In this document: in pieces, positions 55,922 through 64,000 of the stretch | Layout: each line of letters begins with the position of its first letter | How positions within the stretch are numbered: position 1 is the stretch's first letter | Origin: a virus | IMG/VR virus record: IMGVR_UViG_3300031951_009873 | Location: 16,475 to 80,474 of that record | Reading direction: 5' to 3' (one strand) | Length of the DNA stretch: 64,000 nt | Made by a program: the position numbers and the translations under genes | The notes under the pieces: model-generated | Told to the model about the DNA's origin: nothing | Seen by the model: only the letters and a program-made list of their open reading frames with translations | The model's database searches: none

Positions 55922-57290
55922 GCAGTATGATAAGAATGTAGACACCCTAGCAAAGTTTGGGCCGAGCTTTCAAGCAAAAGCCGTAGCGGCAATGTTGAAC
56001 TCGCCAGACTTTGTTGCCCAATCGTTTGATGTTATCAACCCAAACTATTTTGAGTTGGAAGCTAATCAATGGATTGTGGAAACGACTTTAGAATATTTCG
56101 ACGACTATAAGGTTCTTCCGACTTTGGAAGTCTTTAAGGTTGAAATGAATAAGGCGGTCAAGGATGATACGTTGCGTACATCTATCGTTGAATCGCTCCG
56201 TGGTATCTTCCAGAAGATGAAGGACAACGATTTGGATTACATCAAGGACAGCTTTGTTGATTTCGCTAAGAATCAAACATTGAAGTCAGCAATTATCAAA
56301 TCAGTTGATCTGCTTCAGATGGGTCAGTATGGTGAAATCAAGACCATCATTGACGGAGCGATGCGTAGTGGTCAACCCAAGACCGTTGGTCACGATTGGA
56401 AGAAGGATGTTGAGAAGCGACTTGCTAAGGACGCCCGTGATACGGTACCGACTGGTTGGGATGCACTTGATTCACTTATCGGTGGTGGGTTGGCTGGCGG
56501 TGAACTTGGGGTAGTTATCGCTCCGTCTGGTGTCGGTAAGAGTTGGGCACTTGCCACGATTGGTGCAAACGCAATACAAAAGGGCAAGAAGGTTGTTCAT
56601 TATACGCTCGAATTGAATGAGAATTATGTCGGTCTACGATATGATACGATTTATACGGGTATCGAGCCTGGGAAGATTCCAGAGCATCCTGATATGATTA
56701 AGGAGCTGGTCGAGAATATTAAGGGTGAGATTATCATCAAGTATTATCCCGCTCGTACGATTACATCACATACGATTCAAGCACACATTCAACAGATGGC
56801 ATCGTTGGGGTTCAAGCCAGACCTTATCATCGTTGACTACGCAGACTTGATGAGTGCGAACGCTAAGACTGATGCACGATATCAAGAGTTGGGTGCGGTC
56901 TATGAAGAACTCCGTGGATTGGCTGGCGAATTGCAGATTCCTATTTGGACGGCTTCACAGACTCAACGTAGTGCATTACAAGATGAAGTCATTCAGGCGG
57001 ACAAGATTGCAGAATCATATAGTAAGATTATGACAGCCGACTTGGTACTCTCAATCTCACGGAAGCTAGAGGATAAGGTTCATAAGACTGGACGTGCCCA
57101 TATCATCAAGAACAGATTTGGTGCTGATGGTCAGACCTTCCCGATGATTATTGACGCAAGTGTAGGTAAGATAGAGATTTACGACGAATCCTCTGCCAAG
57201 GGGATTATGTTGAAGAAGCAGATGGAAAATGGTGAAACGGTTACGAAACAGAATCTAGCAAAGAAACTATTAGAAATGGATTTAGAGTAA
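55908..57290 (+). CDS. dnaB: Replicative DnaB-like helicase (gp41-like)
   Basis: PTGW..LD, APSGVGKS, TLEL, IVDYADL, TASQ, KNRFG. Confidence 0.95.
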   Translation: MVNHKQYDKNVDTLAKFGPSFQAKAVAAMLNSPDFVAQSFDVINPNYFELEANQWIVETTLEYFDDYKVLPTLEVFKVEMNKAVKDDTLRTSIVESLRGIFQKMKDNDLDYIKDSFVDFAKNQTLKSAIIKSVDLLQMGQYGEIKTIIDGAMRSGQPKTVGHDWKKDVEKRLAKDARDTVPTGWDALDSLIGGGLAGGELGVVIAPSGVGKSWALATIGANAIQKGKKVVHYTLELNENYVGLRYDTIYTGIEPGKIPEHPDMIKELVENIKGEIIIKYYPARTITSHTIQAHIQQMASLGFKPDLIIVDYADLMSANAKTDARYQELGAVYEELRGLAGELQIPIWTASQTQRSALQDEVIQADKIAESYSKIMTADLVLSISRKLEDKVHKTGRAHIIKNRFGADGQTFPMIIDASVGKIEIYDESSAKGIMLKKQMENGETVTKQNLAKKLLEMDLE

Positions 57291-57332
57291 AAATATCGTT
57301 GGGTAATCACCGTATTTTTCATGTAACATCGT

Positions 57333-57342
57333 AGTATTTATT
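57333..57342 (+). promoter_or_regulatory. Putative late promoter motif variant
   Basis: AGTATTTATT upstream of the RNR gene. Confidence 0.4.
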
Positions 57343-57377
57343 TAACCCCAACCCCTAACGATTTTGGAGCAAGCAGT

Positions 57378-59228
57378 ATGCAATTAGAATCAAAGATATT
57401 ATCGGAAATCACAACGTTTATGAAATATGCGAAGTATCTTCCAAAGAAGCAACGTCGAGAAACATGGAAAGAACTCGTTGATAGAAATAAAGCAATGCAC
57501 TTAGAGAAGTTCCCTAAGCTTGAAAAGGAAATTGAAGATGCGTATAAATTTGTCTACGATAAGAAGATACTTCCTTCCATGCGCAGTTTGCAGTTTGCTG
57601 GGAAACCAATTAACATTAATAACGCTCGTTTGTATAATTGCTGCTTCCTACCTATTGATCACACTGACGCATTCTCAGAAGTCATGTTCTTGTTGCTCTC
57701 AGGAACAGGGGTCGGATATTCCGTACAAAAGTATCATGTAGAAAAGTTACCAGAAATCACCAAGCCCACAAAGTCACGCCGTTACTTGGTCGGTGATAGT
57801 ATTGAAGGTTGGGCAGATGCAGTGAAGGTGATGATTACTGCATACATGAAGGGTAAGGCTCTTCCAATTTATGATTTCAGCGATGTTCGTCCAAAGGGCG
57901 CATTACTCTTGACCTCTGGTGGTAAGGCACCTGGTCCAGAACCGCTCAAGGATTGCTTACACAATATCCAAAAGATTTTTGACCGTAAGCAAAACGGTGA
58001 AAAGCTCAGTACCCTCGAAGTACACGATATGTTGTGCTTTATCGCTGATGCAGTTCTTTCTGGTGGTATTCGTCGTTCGGCAATGATTTCGTTGTTTGAT
58101 TTGGACGATGATGATATGTTGACCTGTAAGTTCGGCAACTGGTGGGAAACTGCCCCACAACGCGGTCGCTCAAACAACAGTGCGGTTATTGTTCGTCACA
58201 AGATTGAGAAAGAAGTATTCTTGGACCTCTGGAAGAAGATTGAAATGTCTGGTTCTGGTGAACCTGGCTTCTTCTTTACGAATGACCCAAATTGGGGATT
58301 AAATCCTTGTGCAGAAATTTCACTTCGTCCGTTCCAATTCTGTAACTTGACTACCATCAATGCTGGTGATATCAAGGACCAAGACGATTTCAACGCACGT
58401 GCGAAGGCAGCAGCATTTATCGGCACACTACAAGCAAGTTATACAGATTTTCATTATTTGAGAGACATATGGAAGAGAACAACAGAGAAGGAAGCACTCA
58501 TCGGAGTGTCGATGACGGGTATAGCTTCTGGCACCGTCCTGAATTTAGATATGAAAGAAGCAGCGAACGTGGTAAAGGAGGAGAATGCACGTGTGGCGGA
58601 AGTGATTGGAACCAACAAGGCTGCAAGAACCACAACTGTCAAGCCAGAAGGCACCTCGTCACTAGTATTAGGAACTTCCTCTGGCATTCACGCTTGGCAT
58701 AATGACTTCTATGTTCGTCGTGTCCGTGTTGGTAAGAACGAAAGTATCTATCAATACTTGATTGACAACCATCCAGAAATCGTGGAAGATGAATTCTTCA
58801 AGCCAAAGCAACAAGCAGTTATCTCTGTTCCACAAAAGGCTCCGAAGGGCGCAATCACTCGTCAAGAATCTGCACTCGACTTACTCGGTCGTACCAGTAA
58901 GGTCTGGAAGGAATGGGTAAAGGCTGGTCACCGTAAGGGCGAAAACAAGAATAATGTATCCGTGACTGTCACCATCAAGCCAGATGAATGGGTTGGTGTT
59001 GGGGAATGGATGTGGAACAATCGTGAAAACTTTACAGCATTGAGTGTGCTACCTTTCAGCGACCACAGCTACATGCAAGCACCGTTCGAAGATATCGACG
59101 AAGCACAATACAACGAAATGGTTGGTCACTTACATAAGATTGACTTGACCAAGGTAGTTGAAGTCGAAGATAATACCGACCTCGCAGGTGAAGTTGCTTG
59201 TGGTGGCGGTGGGTGCGAGGTCCAATAA
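57378..59228 (+). CDS. nrdJ: Class II (adenosylcobalamin-dependent) ribonucleotide reductase
   Basis: RRETW, LPSMR, YNC, GGIRRSA, NPCAE, CNL, TTVKPEGT, C-terminal ACGGGGC; no NrdB-like partner nearby. Confidence 0.85.
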   Translation: MQLESKILSEITTFMKYAKYLPKKQRRETWKELVDRNKAMHLEKFPKLEKEIEDAYKFVYDKKILPSMRSLQFAGKPININNARLYNCCFLPIDHTDAFSEVMFLLLSGTGVGYSVQKYHVEKLPEITKPTKSRRYLVGDSIEGWADAVKVMITAYMKGKALPIYDFSDVRPKGALLLTSGGKAPGPEPLKDCLHNIQKIFDRKQNGEKLSTLEVHDMLCFIADAVLSGGIRRSAMISLFDLDDDDMLTCKFGNWWETAPQRGRSNNSAVIVRHKIEKEVFLDLWKKIEMSGSGEPGFFFTNDPNWGLNPCAEISLRPFQFCNLTTINAGDIKDQDDFNARAKAAAFIGTLQASYTDFHYLRDIWKRTTEKEALIGVSMTGIASGTVLNLDMKEAANVVKEENARVAEVIGTNKAARTTTVKPEGTSSLVLGTSSGIHAWHNDFYVRRVRVGKNESIYQYLIDNHPEIVEDEFFKPKQQAVISVPQKAPKGAITRQESALDLLGRTSKVWKEWVKAGHRKGENKNNVSVTVTIKPDEWVGVGEWMWNNRENFTALSVLPFSDHSYMQAPFEDIDEAQYNEMVGHLHKIDLTKVVEVEDNTDLAGEVACGGGGCEVQ

Positions 59229-59533
59229 TGCAGGAACTCACGTTACAAGAATTTGAAGAAAAGTTGGCATCCAAGGAACCCTTTGTTGTAGATTTCTGGG
59301 CTCCTTGGTGCCCAACCTGCATCGAAATGTTACCTATGGTAGAAGAGATTGCTGGTGAGTCGGATATCCCATTCTATAAGGTGAATGTGGATGAACAACC
59401 AGAGCTGAAAGAAAAGAATCGTATTAAGGCAATTCCGATGTTGATGTTCTACAAGGAAGGTCGAACACGGGAATTCTTATATGGGAAAAACGAGAAGTCT
59501 AAGATTGAACAGAGGTTGAATCGTATTAAGTGA
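59228..59533 (+). CDS. trxA: Thioredoxin
   Basis: VDFWAPWCPTC, KVNVDE, IP; ATG overlaps the RNR stop (TAATG). Confidence 0.9.
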   Translation: MQELTLQEFEEKLASKEPFVVDFWAPWCPTCIEMLPMVEEIAGESDIPFYKVNVDEQPELKEKNRIKAIPMLMFYKEGRTREFLYGKNEKSKIEQRLNRIK

Positions 59534-59540
59534 GGTTACT

Positions 59541-59936
59541 ATGATAATTCAGTTAACACCTGAAACATTTTTCGAAAGTGTATTTATCGAAGGTCCATTA
59601 CATGTGGTGATGCACTATGGTGAAACTTGTGGTCCGTGTAAAATTACTATGCCACACTACGAAATTTTAGAACAACATTTTTCTCAGTATGATATTAAGA
59701 ATGTTAAGTTTTATAGATTCCATCATTGGCAGCCAGAATATAAACCATTTATTGAAGAGAACAATTTAAAAACAAATGGTGTACCAACATTCCGATATTA
59801 TTATATGGGTGAAAAGTTACACGAAGTTACCGCATCATATAAAGACCCAAACGATATGAAAAAAGTTGTTATGGAAGTTATAGAAGGAATAGAACAAACA
59901 ATGGGGAGTTTTGATTTATATGCCACTACAAATTAA
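59541..59936 (+). CDS. Thioredoxin-like protein
   Basis: TCGPCK, GVPTF. Confidence 0.8.
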   Translation: MIIQLTPETFFESVFIEGPLHVVMHYGETCGPCKITMPHYEILEQHFSQYDIKNVKFYRFHHWQPEYKPFIEENNLKTNGVPTFRYYYMGEKLHEVTASYKDPNDMKKVVMEVIEGIEQTMGSFDLYATTN

Positions 59937-60345
59937 GTTACTATCAGAATTTGCAAAGTTACCACAAAAGGCACATAGTGGGGATTTAGGATATGATTTA
60001 TATGCAGATTCACCGGCAGCAATATTTCCACACGAAACGAAGGTCGTTAAGACAGGCATCGCTATTCAATTTCCTGCAGGATTTGGTGGATTCATCAAAG
60101 ACCGCTCCTCTGTGGCTACGAAGAAAGGATTGTTTACTGTGGCTGGGGTTATTGATAATGGGTATATTGGTGAGATTTGTATAGCGTTACACAATGGCAC
60201 TGACAGTCTCATCCACGTAGCTCCAGGCGAAAAGATTGCACAATTGGTGTTGATTCCAACCGTCAACTTTGAAGTGACCGAAGTAGATGAAGTGGTATCG
60301 GCAGACCAACGTGGTGACGGAGGGTTTGGTTCGACGGGAACTTGA
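59920..60345 (+). CDS. dut: dUTPase (trimeric)
   Basis: GYDL, DRSS, GVIDNGY.GEI, IAQL, RGDGGFGSTG. Confidence 0.97.
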   Translation: MPLQIKLLSEFAKLPQKAHSGDLGYDLYADSPAAIFPHETKVVKTGIAIQFPAGFGGFIKDRSSVATKKGLFTVAGVIDNGYIGEICIALHNGTDSLIHVAPGEKIAQLVLIPTVNFEVTEVDEVVSADQRGDGGFGSTGT

Positions 60346-60353
60346 TACTTATA
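60344..60353 (+). promoter_or_regulatory. Putative late promoter motif
   Basis: GATACTTATA upstream of ORF 60388. Confidence 0.5.
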
Positions 60354-60387
60354 GGAAACCCCTAACCGAGATGTCGCATGAGAGTTT

Positions 60388-60777
60388 ATGTCACGGCGTA
60401 AGAATGGTAAGAAGGTTTCACAAAGTAATACAATAGAAACAAAGGTTGCGACAATATTAGAATCAATGAATGTCCCGTTTGAACAACAAGTAACAATTGA
60501 TAGATACACCGTAGATTTTTTGGTGGATAAGAAGTATATTGTAGAGTGTTATGGTGACTTTTGGCACTGTAACCCTCATCAGTATACTTCTTCGTATTTT
60601 AATAGAGGTAAAAAGAAAACCGCAGAGGAAATCTGGGAACGAGATAATCAGCGGAAAGAACAATTCCAAAAAATGGGTTATAAGTTCCTTTGTCTATGGG
60701 AAAGTGATATCCGTGAAAATCCCAAAATTGTGCGGTCCAAAATAAAAAAGAATATTAGACTTGACAATCAGCAATAG
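60388..60777 (+). CDS. Vsr/DUF559-like PD-(D/E)xK endonuclease
   Basis: IE..V...L, YTVDF, VECYGDFWH, D..R, GY..L.LWE. Confidence 0.85.
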   Translation: MSRRKNGKKVSQSNTIETKVATILESMNVPFEQQVTIDRYTVDFLVDKKYIVECYGDFWHCNPHQYTSSYFNRGKKKTAEEIWERDNQRKEQFQKMGYKFLCLWESDIRENPKIVRSKIKKNIRLDNQQ

Positions 60778-60789
60778 ATTGCGTATATT
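60761..60789 (+). promoter_or_regulatory. Sigma70-type promoter
   Basis: TTGACA (60761-60766) - 17 nt - TATATT (60784-60789); GGAGG RBS at 60801. Confidence 0.8.
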
Positions 60790-60810
60790 TAAAGTCTGAC
60801 GGAGGATATA

Positions 60811-61092
60811 ATGGTTTTTATTTGGGTATTTATATTTCAAGTATTATTCAATATTTTTAAAGTATTAGAAATAAGGTATACGCTACATCACCAAGTACGC
60901 CAGCTATTGATGAATTCAATCTGGATAAACTTAGTGGCACTGGCGTCTACCTTTTATTCTATTGATGCCCTCTTGAAAGGGAACTTCACAGTGATTATAT
61001 TCTATATAGCAGGAAGTGTGGTAGGAAAGTATATTGGTATGAAGATTGATGTAAACGACAGAGGTAAGCATGTATCAAGCGATTTATATTGA
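60811..61092 (+). CDS. Small membrane protein
   Basis: Three hydrophobic segments, Y..G...G.Y.G motif; GGAGG RBS. Confidence 0.65.
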   Translation: MVFIWVFIFQVLFNIFKVLEIRYTLHHQVRQLLMNSIWINLVALASTFYSIDALLKGNFTVIIFYIAGSVVGKYIGMKIDVNDRGKHVSSDLY

Positions 61093-63583
61093 GCGAGGGG
61101 AAGGCTTCGGAAACGATACGGTACATCTATGGGATGACCAGATGGGATATAAGACTGTCCCGTATCGTAACTTTGACTATGCCTATAAGCCAGACCGTAG
61201 TGGTAACTTTATCAGTATGACTGGTGTGAAGTTGGCAAAGGTCAAGCGCTATAAGCGAGATGACCCAAATCTATTCGAGAGCGACCTTCCTCCAGAGACT
61301 CGCGTTCTGACTGACCTATATCTCAATGAGGACAATGTTTCCCAAGGGCATAAGACGATGTTCTTTGACATCGAAGTGTCTATGGAAAACGGTGTGCCGA
61401 ATATTGAGAATCCCAACAACGAGATTACATCTATCGCCGTTTATGATTCGGTGACCCAAGAGTATTCCGTGTTGGTATTGGATAAGGCAGGATATCAACC
61501 CAGCCGTGAATATGATAATGTCAAGGTCGTGATGTATACTTCTGAAACCGATTTGTTATATGGGTTCTTGGACCTGTATGAGCAGATTGGTCCGACGATT
61601 ATTACGGGTTGGAATACTGATAATTTTGATATTCCCTATCTCTATAATCGTATCAAGCAGCAGTGTGGACCAAACACTGCTGGTCGCTTGAGTCCGATTG
61701 GAAAAATTAAGTATTCTCAATTCCGAGGAAGATATCAGATTGCTGGTGTATCTTCTCTTGACTATTTGACCTTATATAAAAAGTTTACCTATACCCAACA
61801 GCCCAACTATCGGCTGGATACGATTGGTCGATTGGAAGTCAATATGGGTAAGGTTGAATATGAAGGGTCATTAGATGAATTGTTTCGTACTGACTTGGAA
61901 AAGTTTATTGAATACAATCTTCAAGACGTTCGTATCATTGTGGAGATGGACAAGAAGCTCAAGCTGATTGAGTTGGTTCGTGGTATCTGTCATTTGGGTC
62001 ACGTGTCATACGAAGATTATTGGTTCAGTTCAAAGTTCTTGGAAGGAACCATCGTAACCTATCTTCACCGTAAGGGTATTATCGTGACCAACAAACCAGC
62101 TGGCGGTCGTGAGATGATGGACAATAAGATGGAGAATGATGATGAAGGATTCGCTGGTGCCTTCGTCAAGGAACCTATACCTGGGTTGTATGAGTGGGTG
62201 TATTCTCTCGACTTACAATCGCTGTATCCGTCTATCATTATGAGTCTCAACATTAGTCCAGAAACCAAGATTGGATTCGTGACCAACTGGAATGTAGACA
62301 AGCATGTTAACGAAGAGTTAACCGAATATCTCATTCGTGGAACGACTGACGAGCAGGTTGTCAGATTGAGCCGTGAGGCATTCTTGAAGTATATGAAACT
62401 CGAAAGTTTGATGATTAGTTCGAACGGTGTCTTGTATAATGGAAAGGTCGTGGGGATTATTCCAGAAGTTCTTGACCAATGGTTCAAGGAGCGTGTCGAA
62501 TATAAGAACTTGATGAAGAAGTATAAGAATGAAGGGAACGTAGAGCAGGCCGAATACTATGACAGACGCCAACACATTCAGAAAATCTTCTTGAATTCTC
62601 TGTATGGTGTGCTTGGTCTTCCCATCTTCCGTTTCTTTGATTTGGATAATGCTCTTGCCGTAACCGCATCTGGTCAAGATGTGATTAAGAAGTCTGCGGC
62701 ATTTGCAAACAATCTCTATCAACACAAGCTACAAACCCAAGAAGACTACTGTACCTATATTGACACAGACTCTTTGTACTTCTCTGCGACTCCGCTGGGG
62801 AATGGAAAAGAATTCACTATCAAGTTGGCTCGTGCGATGGAAAAGAAGTTGAACGAATATTATGATTTGATGGCAAAGGATTTGTTCTTCTGTGACAAGC
62901 ATCGGTTATATATCAAGGGTGAATCGGTGGCAGAGACTGCGGTGTGGATTGCCAAGAAGCGATACACGATGAATGTGGTATACGATTTGGAATCGAACCT
63001 TGATGTCGCAAACAAGATGAAGGTCAAAGGATTGGATGTTGTTCGTTCATCATTCCCACCAGCCTTCCGTGACTTTATGAATAAGATGATGAAGGATATC
63101 TTGAATAAGGCAACAAAGGAAGATATTGACCAGAAGGTATTAGGGTTCCGTGATTCGATGAATAGTATGTCGTATCTGGAAGTCGCCCGAAACACGGCGG
63201 TCAAGAATATCTCTGAATATGATTTGAGAACTGGTAAGCTCAACGACTTCCGTAAAGGAACTCCAGCCCACGTAAAGGCGGCAATCACCTATAATTCGTT
63301 GTTGAAACATTTCAAGATTGAGAATAAGTATGAACGGATTTCTGATGGGGAAAAGGTCAAATGGTTGTATCTAAAGCAGAATCCGTGGAATCTAGAAACT
63401 GTGGCTGTCAAGGGATACAATGACCCCCAAGAAATCGTTGAACTAGTAAATACTTATATTGACTATAATGCATTATTTGAGAACGAACTGCAGAAGAAAC
63501 TGGAAGATTTTTATTCGGCACTAAAATGGGGTAATATACCTACCGAAGTTAATCAGAATGCTCAGGAATGGTTTAGTTTTTGA
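61070..63583 (+). CDS. Family B DNA polymerase
   Basis: Exonuclease FDIEV, GWN..FDIPY, YN..D; polymerase DLQSLYPS, K..LNSLYG, YIDTDS, KKRY, VKG. Confidence 0.98.
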   Translation: MYQAIYIERGEGFGNDTVHLWDDQMGYKTVPYRNFDYAYKPDRSGNFISMTGVKLAKVKRYKRDDPNLFESDLPPETRVLTDLYLNEDNVSQGHKTMFFDIEVSMENGVPNIENPNNEITSIAVYDSVTQEYSVLVLDKAGYQPSREYDNVKVVMYTSETDLLYGFLDLYEQIGPTIITGWNTDNFDIPYLYNRIKQQCGPNTAGRLSPIGKIKYSQFRGRYQIAGVSSLDYLTLYKKFTYTQQPNYRLDTIGRLEVNMGKVEYEGSLDELFRTDLEKFIEYNLQDVRIIVEMDKKLKLIELVRGICHLGHVSYEDYWFSSKFLEGTIVTYLHRKGIIVTNKPAGGREMMDNKMENDDEGFAGAFVKEPIPGLYEWVYSLDLQSLYPSIIMSLNISPETKIGFVTNWNVDKHVNEELTEYLIRGTTDEQVVRLSREAFLKYMKLESLMISSNGVLYNGKVVGIIPEVLDQWFKERVEYKNLMKKYKNEGNVEQAEYYDRRQHIQKIFLNSLYGVLGLPIFRFFDLDNALAVTASGQDVIKKSAAFANNLYQHKLQTQEDYCTYIDTDSLYFSATPLGNGKEFTIKLARAMEKKLNEYYDLMAKDLFFCDKHRLYIKGESVAETAVWIAKKRYTMNVVYDLESNLDVANKMKVKGLDVVRSSFPPAFRDFMNKMMKDILNKATKEDIDQKVLGFRDSMNSMSYLEVARNTAVKNISEYDLRTGKLNDFRKGTPAHVKAAITYNSLLKHFKIENKYERISDGEKVKWLYLKQNPWNLETVAVKGYNDPQEIVELVNTYIDYNALFENELQKKLEDFYSALKWGNIPTEVNQNAQEWFSF

Positions 63584-63591
63584 TATTTATT
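63582..63591 (+). promoter_or_regulatory. Putative late promoter motif
   Basis: GATATTTATT followed by a GC-rich hairpin CGAGCC..GGCTCG (63608-63631) before ATG 63649. Confidence 0.5.
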
Positions 63592-63648
63592 TATTCACCC
63601 CTAGCGTCGAGCCACCCACAGACGGGGCTCGGTTATAGAGACTCTCCT

Positions 63649-64000
63649 ATGAGAAAATTGTTGGAAATTCTTTTAGCAACTGCGATGTTGTCTACCTCCG
63701 CTTATGCGCAAATCACCAGCGGAATCCTTCGTGGTACTGTTAAAGATGTTACAGGTAGTACAATTGAAAATGCAAATGTTGCTGTGGTCTTTGTTCCAAC
63801 CAATCAACGAATTGTTACGAAAACGACAACAGAAGGTCGGTTTACATTATCCAACTTAAAACCAGGTGGTCCATATACCGTATCGGTGACCGCACTGGGG
63901 TTCCGTCCAAAGTCCTCTGATAATTTAACGGTTCGTTTAGGTGAAGCAACAAGCACAGATATTGAGATGGAAAAGATTGTTGTAGTATTAAATCAAGTAT
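63649..64000 (+). CDS. Secreted protein with carboxypeptidase-regulatory-like N-terminal domain, probable TonB-dependent receptor (Oar/SusC-like); 3'-truncated, not in the ORF track
   Basis: MRKLLEILLATAMLSTSAYA/QITSGILRGTVKD..G..I..A.V....PT......T..EGRFTLSNLKPGGPYTVSVTALGF; signal peptide with AYA cleavage site; frame open to the window end. Confidence 0.75.
   Translation, partial: MRKLLEILLATAMLSTSAYAQITSGILRGTVKDVTGSTIENANVAVVFVPTNQRIVTKTTTEGRFTLSNLKPGGPYTVSVTALGFRPKSSDNLTVRLGEATSTDIEMEKIVVVLNQV

Noticed and set aside
63595-63648. Cobalamin riboswitch upstream of the TBDR-like gene
   Set aside because: The leader is only ~60 nt with a single hairpin, far too short, and no B12-box is recognisable
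1-64000. Stop-codon reassignment, tRNA genes, introns/inteins, DGR or integrase
   Set aside because: Genes tile densely under the standard code with TAA, TGA and TAG all used as stops; PolB, DnaB, RecA and RNR are of normal length; no cloverleaf, reverse transcriptase or recombinase was recognised by eye

Overview
This window is a fragment of a large dsDNA tailed phage genome (distant T4-like myovirus architecture). Essentially all real genes lie on the + strand, tightly packed, and use the standard genetic code. There are three blocks. (1) 1-35.0 kb: an accessory island of about 45 genes that reads as a complete phage-encoded pathway for building and decorating a complex glycan. It contains five GT10 (fucosyltransferase-like) paralogues, ten SGNH-hydrolase-like paralogues (one fused to a GT10-like domain), three SDR epimerase/reductases and an RmlC-like epimerase, and a split TPP-dependent E1 alpha/beta pair. 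It also has a putative glycan phosphoribosyltransferase plus HAD phosphatase, an amidinotransferase, a mini DegT aminotransferase, an O-carbamoyltransferase, two sulfotransferase-like paralogues, an APS kinase fused to an HxGH nucleotidyltransferase, two radical SAM enzymes, two 2OG-Fe(II) oxygenases, two orphan QueC-like ATPases, a TagD-like cytidylyltransferase and a subtilase. (2) 35.0-51.0 kb: Ser/Thr-rich and collagen-like virion proteins, a SNF2 helicase, a tail chaperone pair with a probable +1 frameshift, tape measure, baseplate and tail-tip genes. (3) 51.0-63.6 kb: replication genes (PolA-like, SSB, RecA/UvsX, 5'-3' exonuclease, DnaB, class II RNR, thioredoxins, dUTPase, PolB), followed by the start of an unannotated TonB-dependent-receptor-like gene. 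Two promoter classes are visible: TTGACA-N17-TATAnT and a phage-type GATA(T/C)TTAT motif. All functional calls come from motif recognition by eye; no database search was run.
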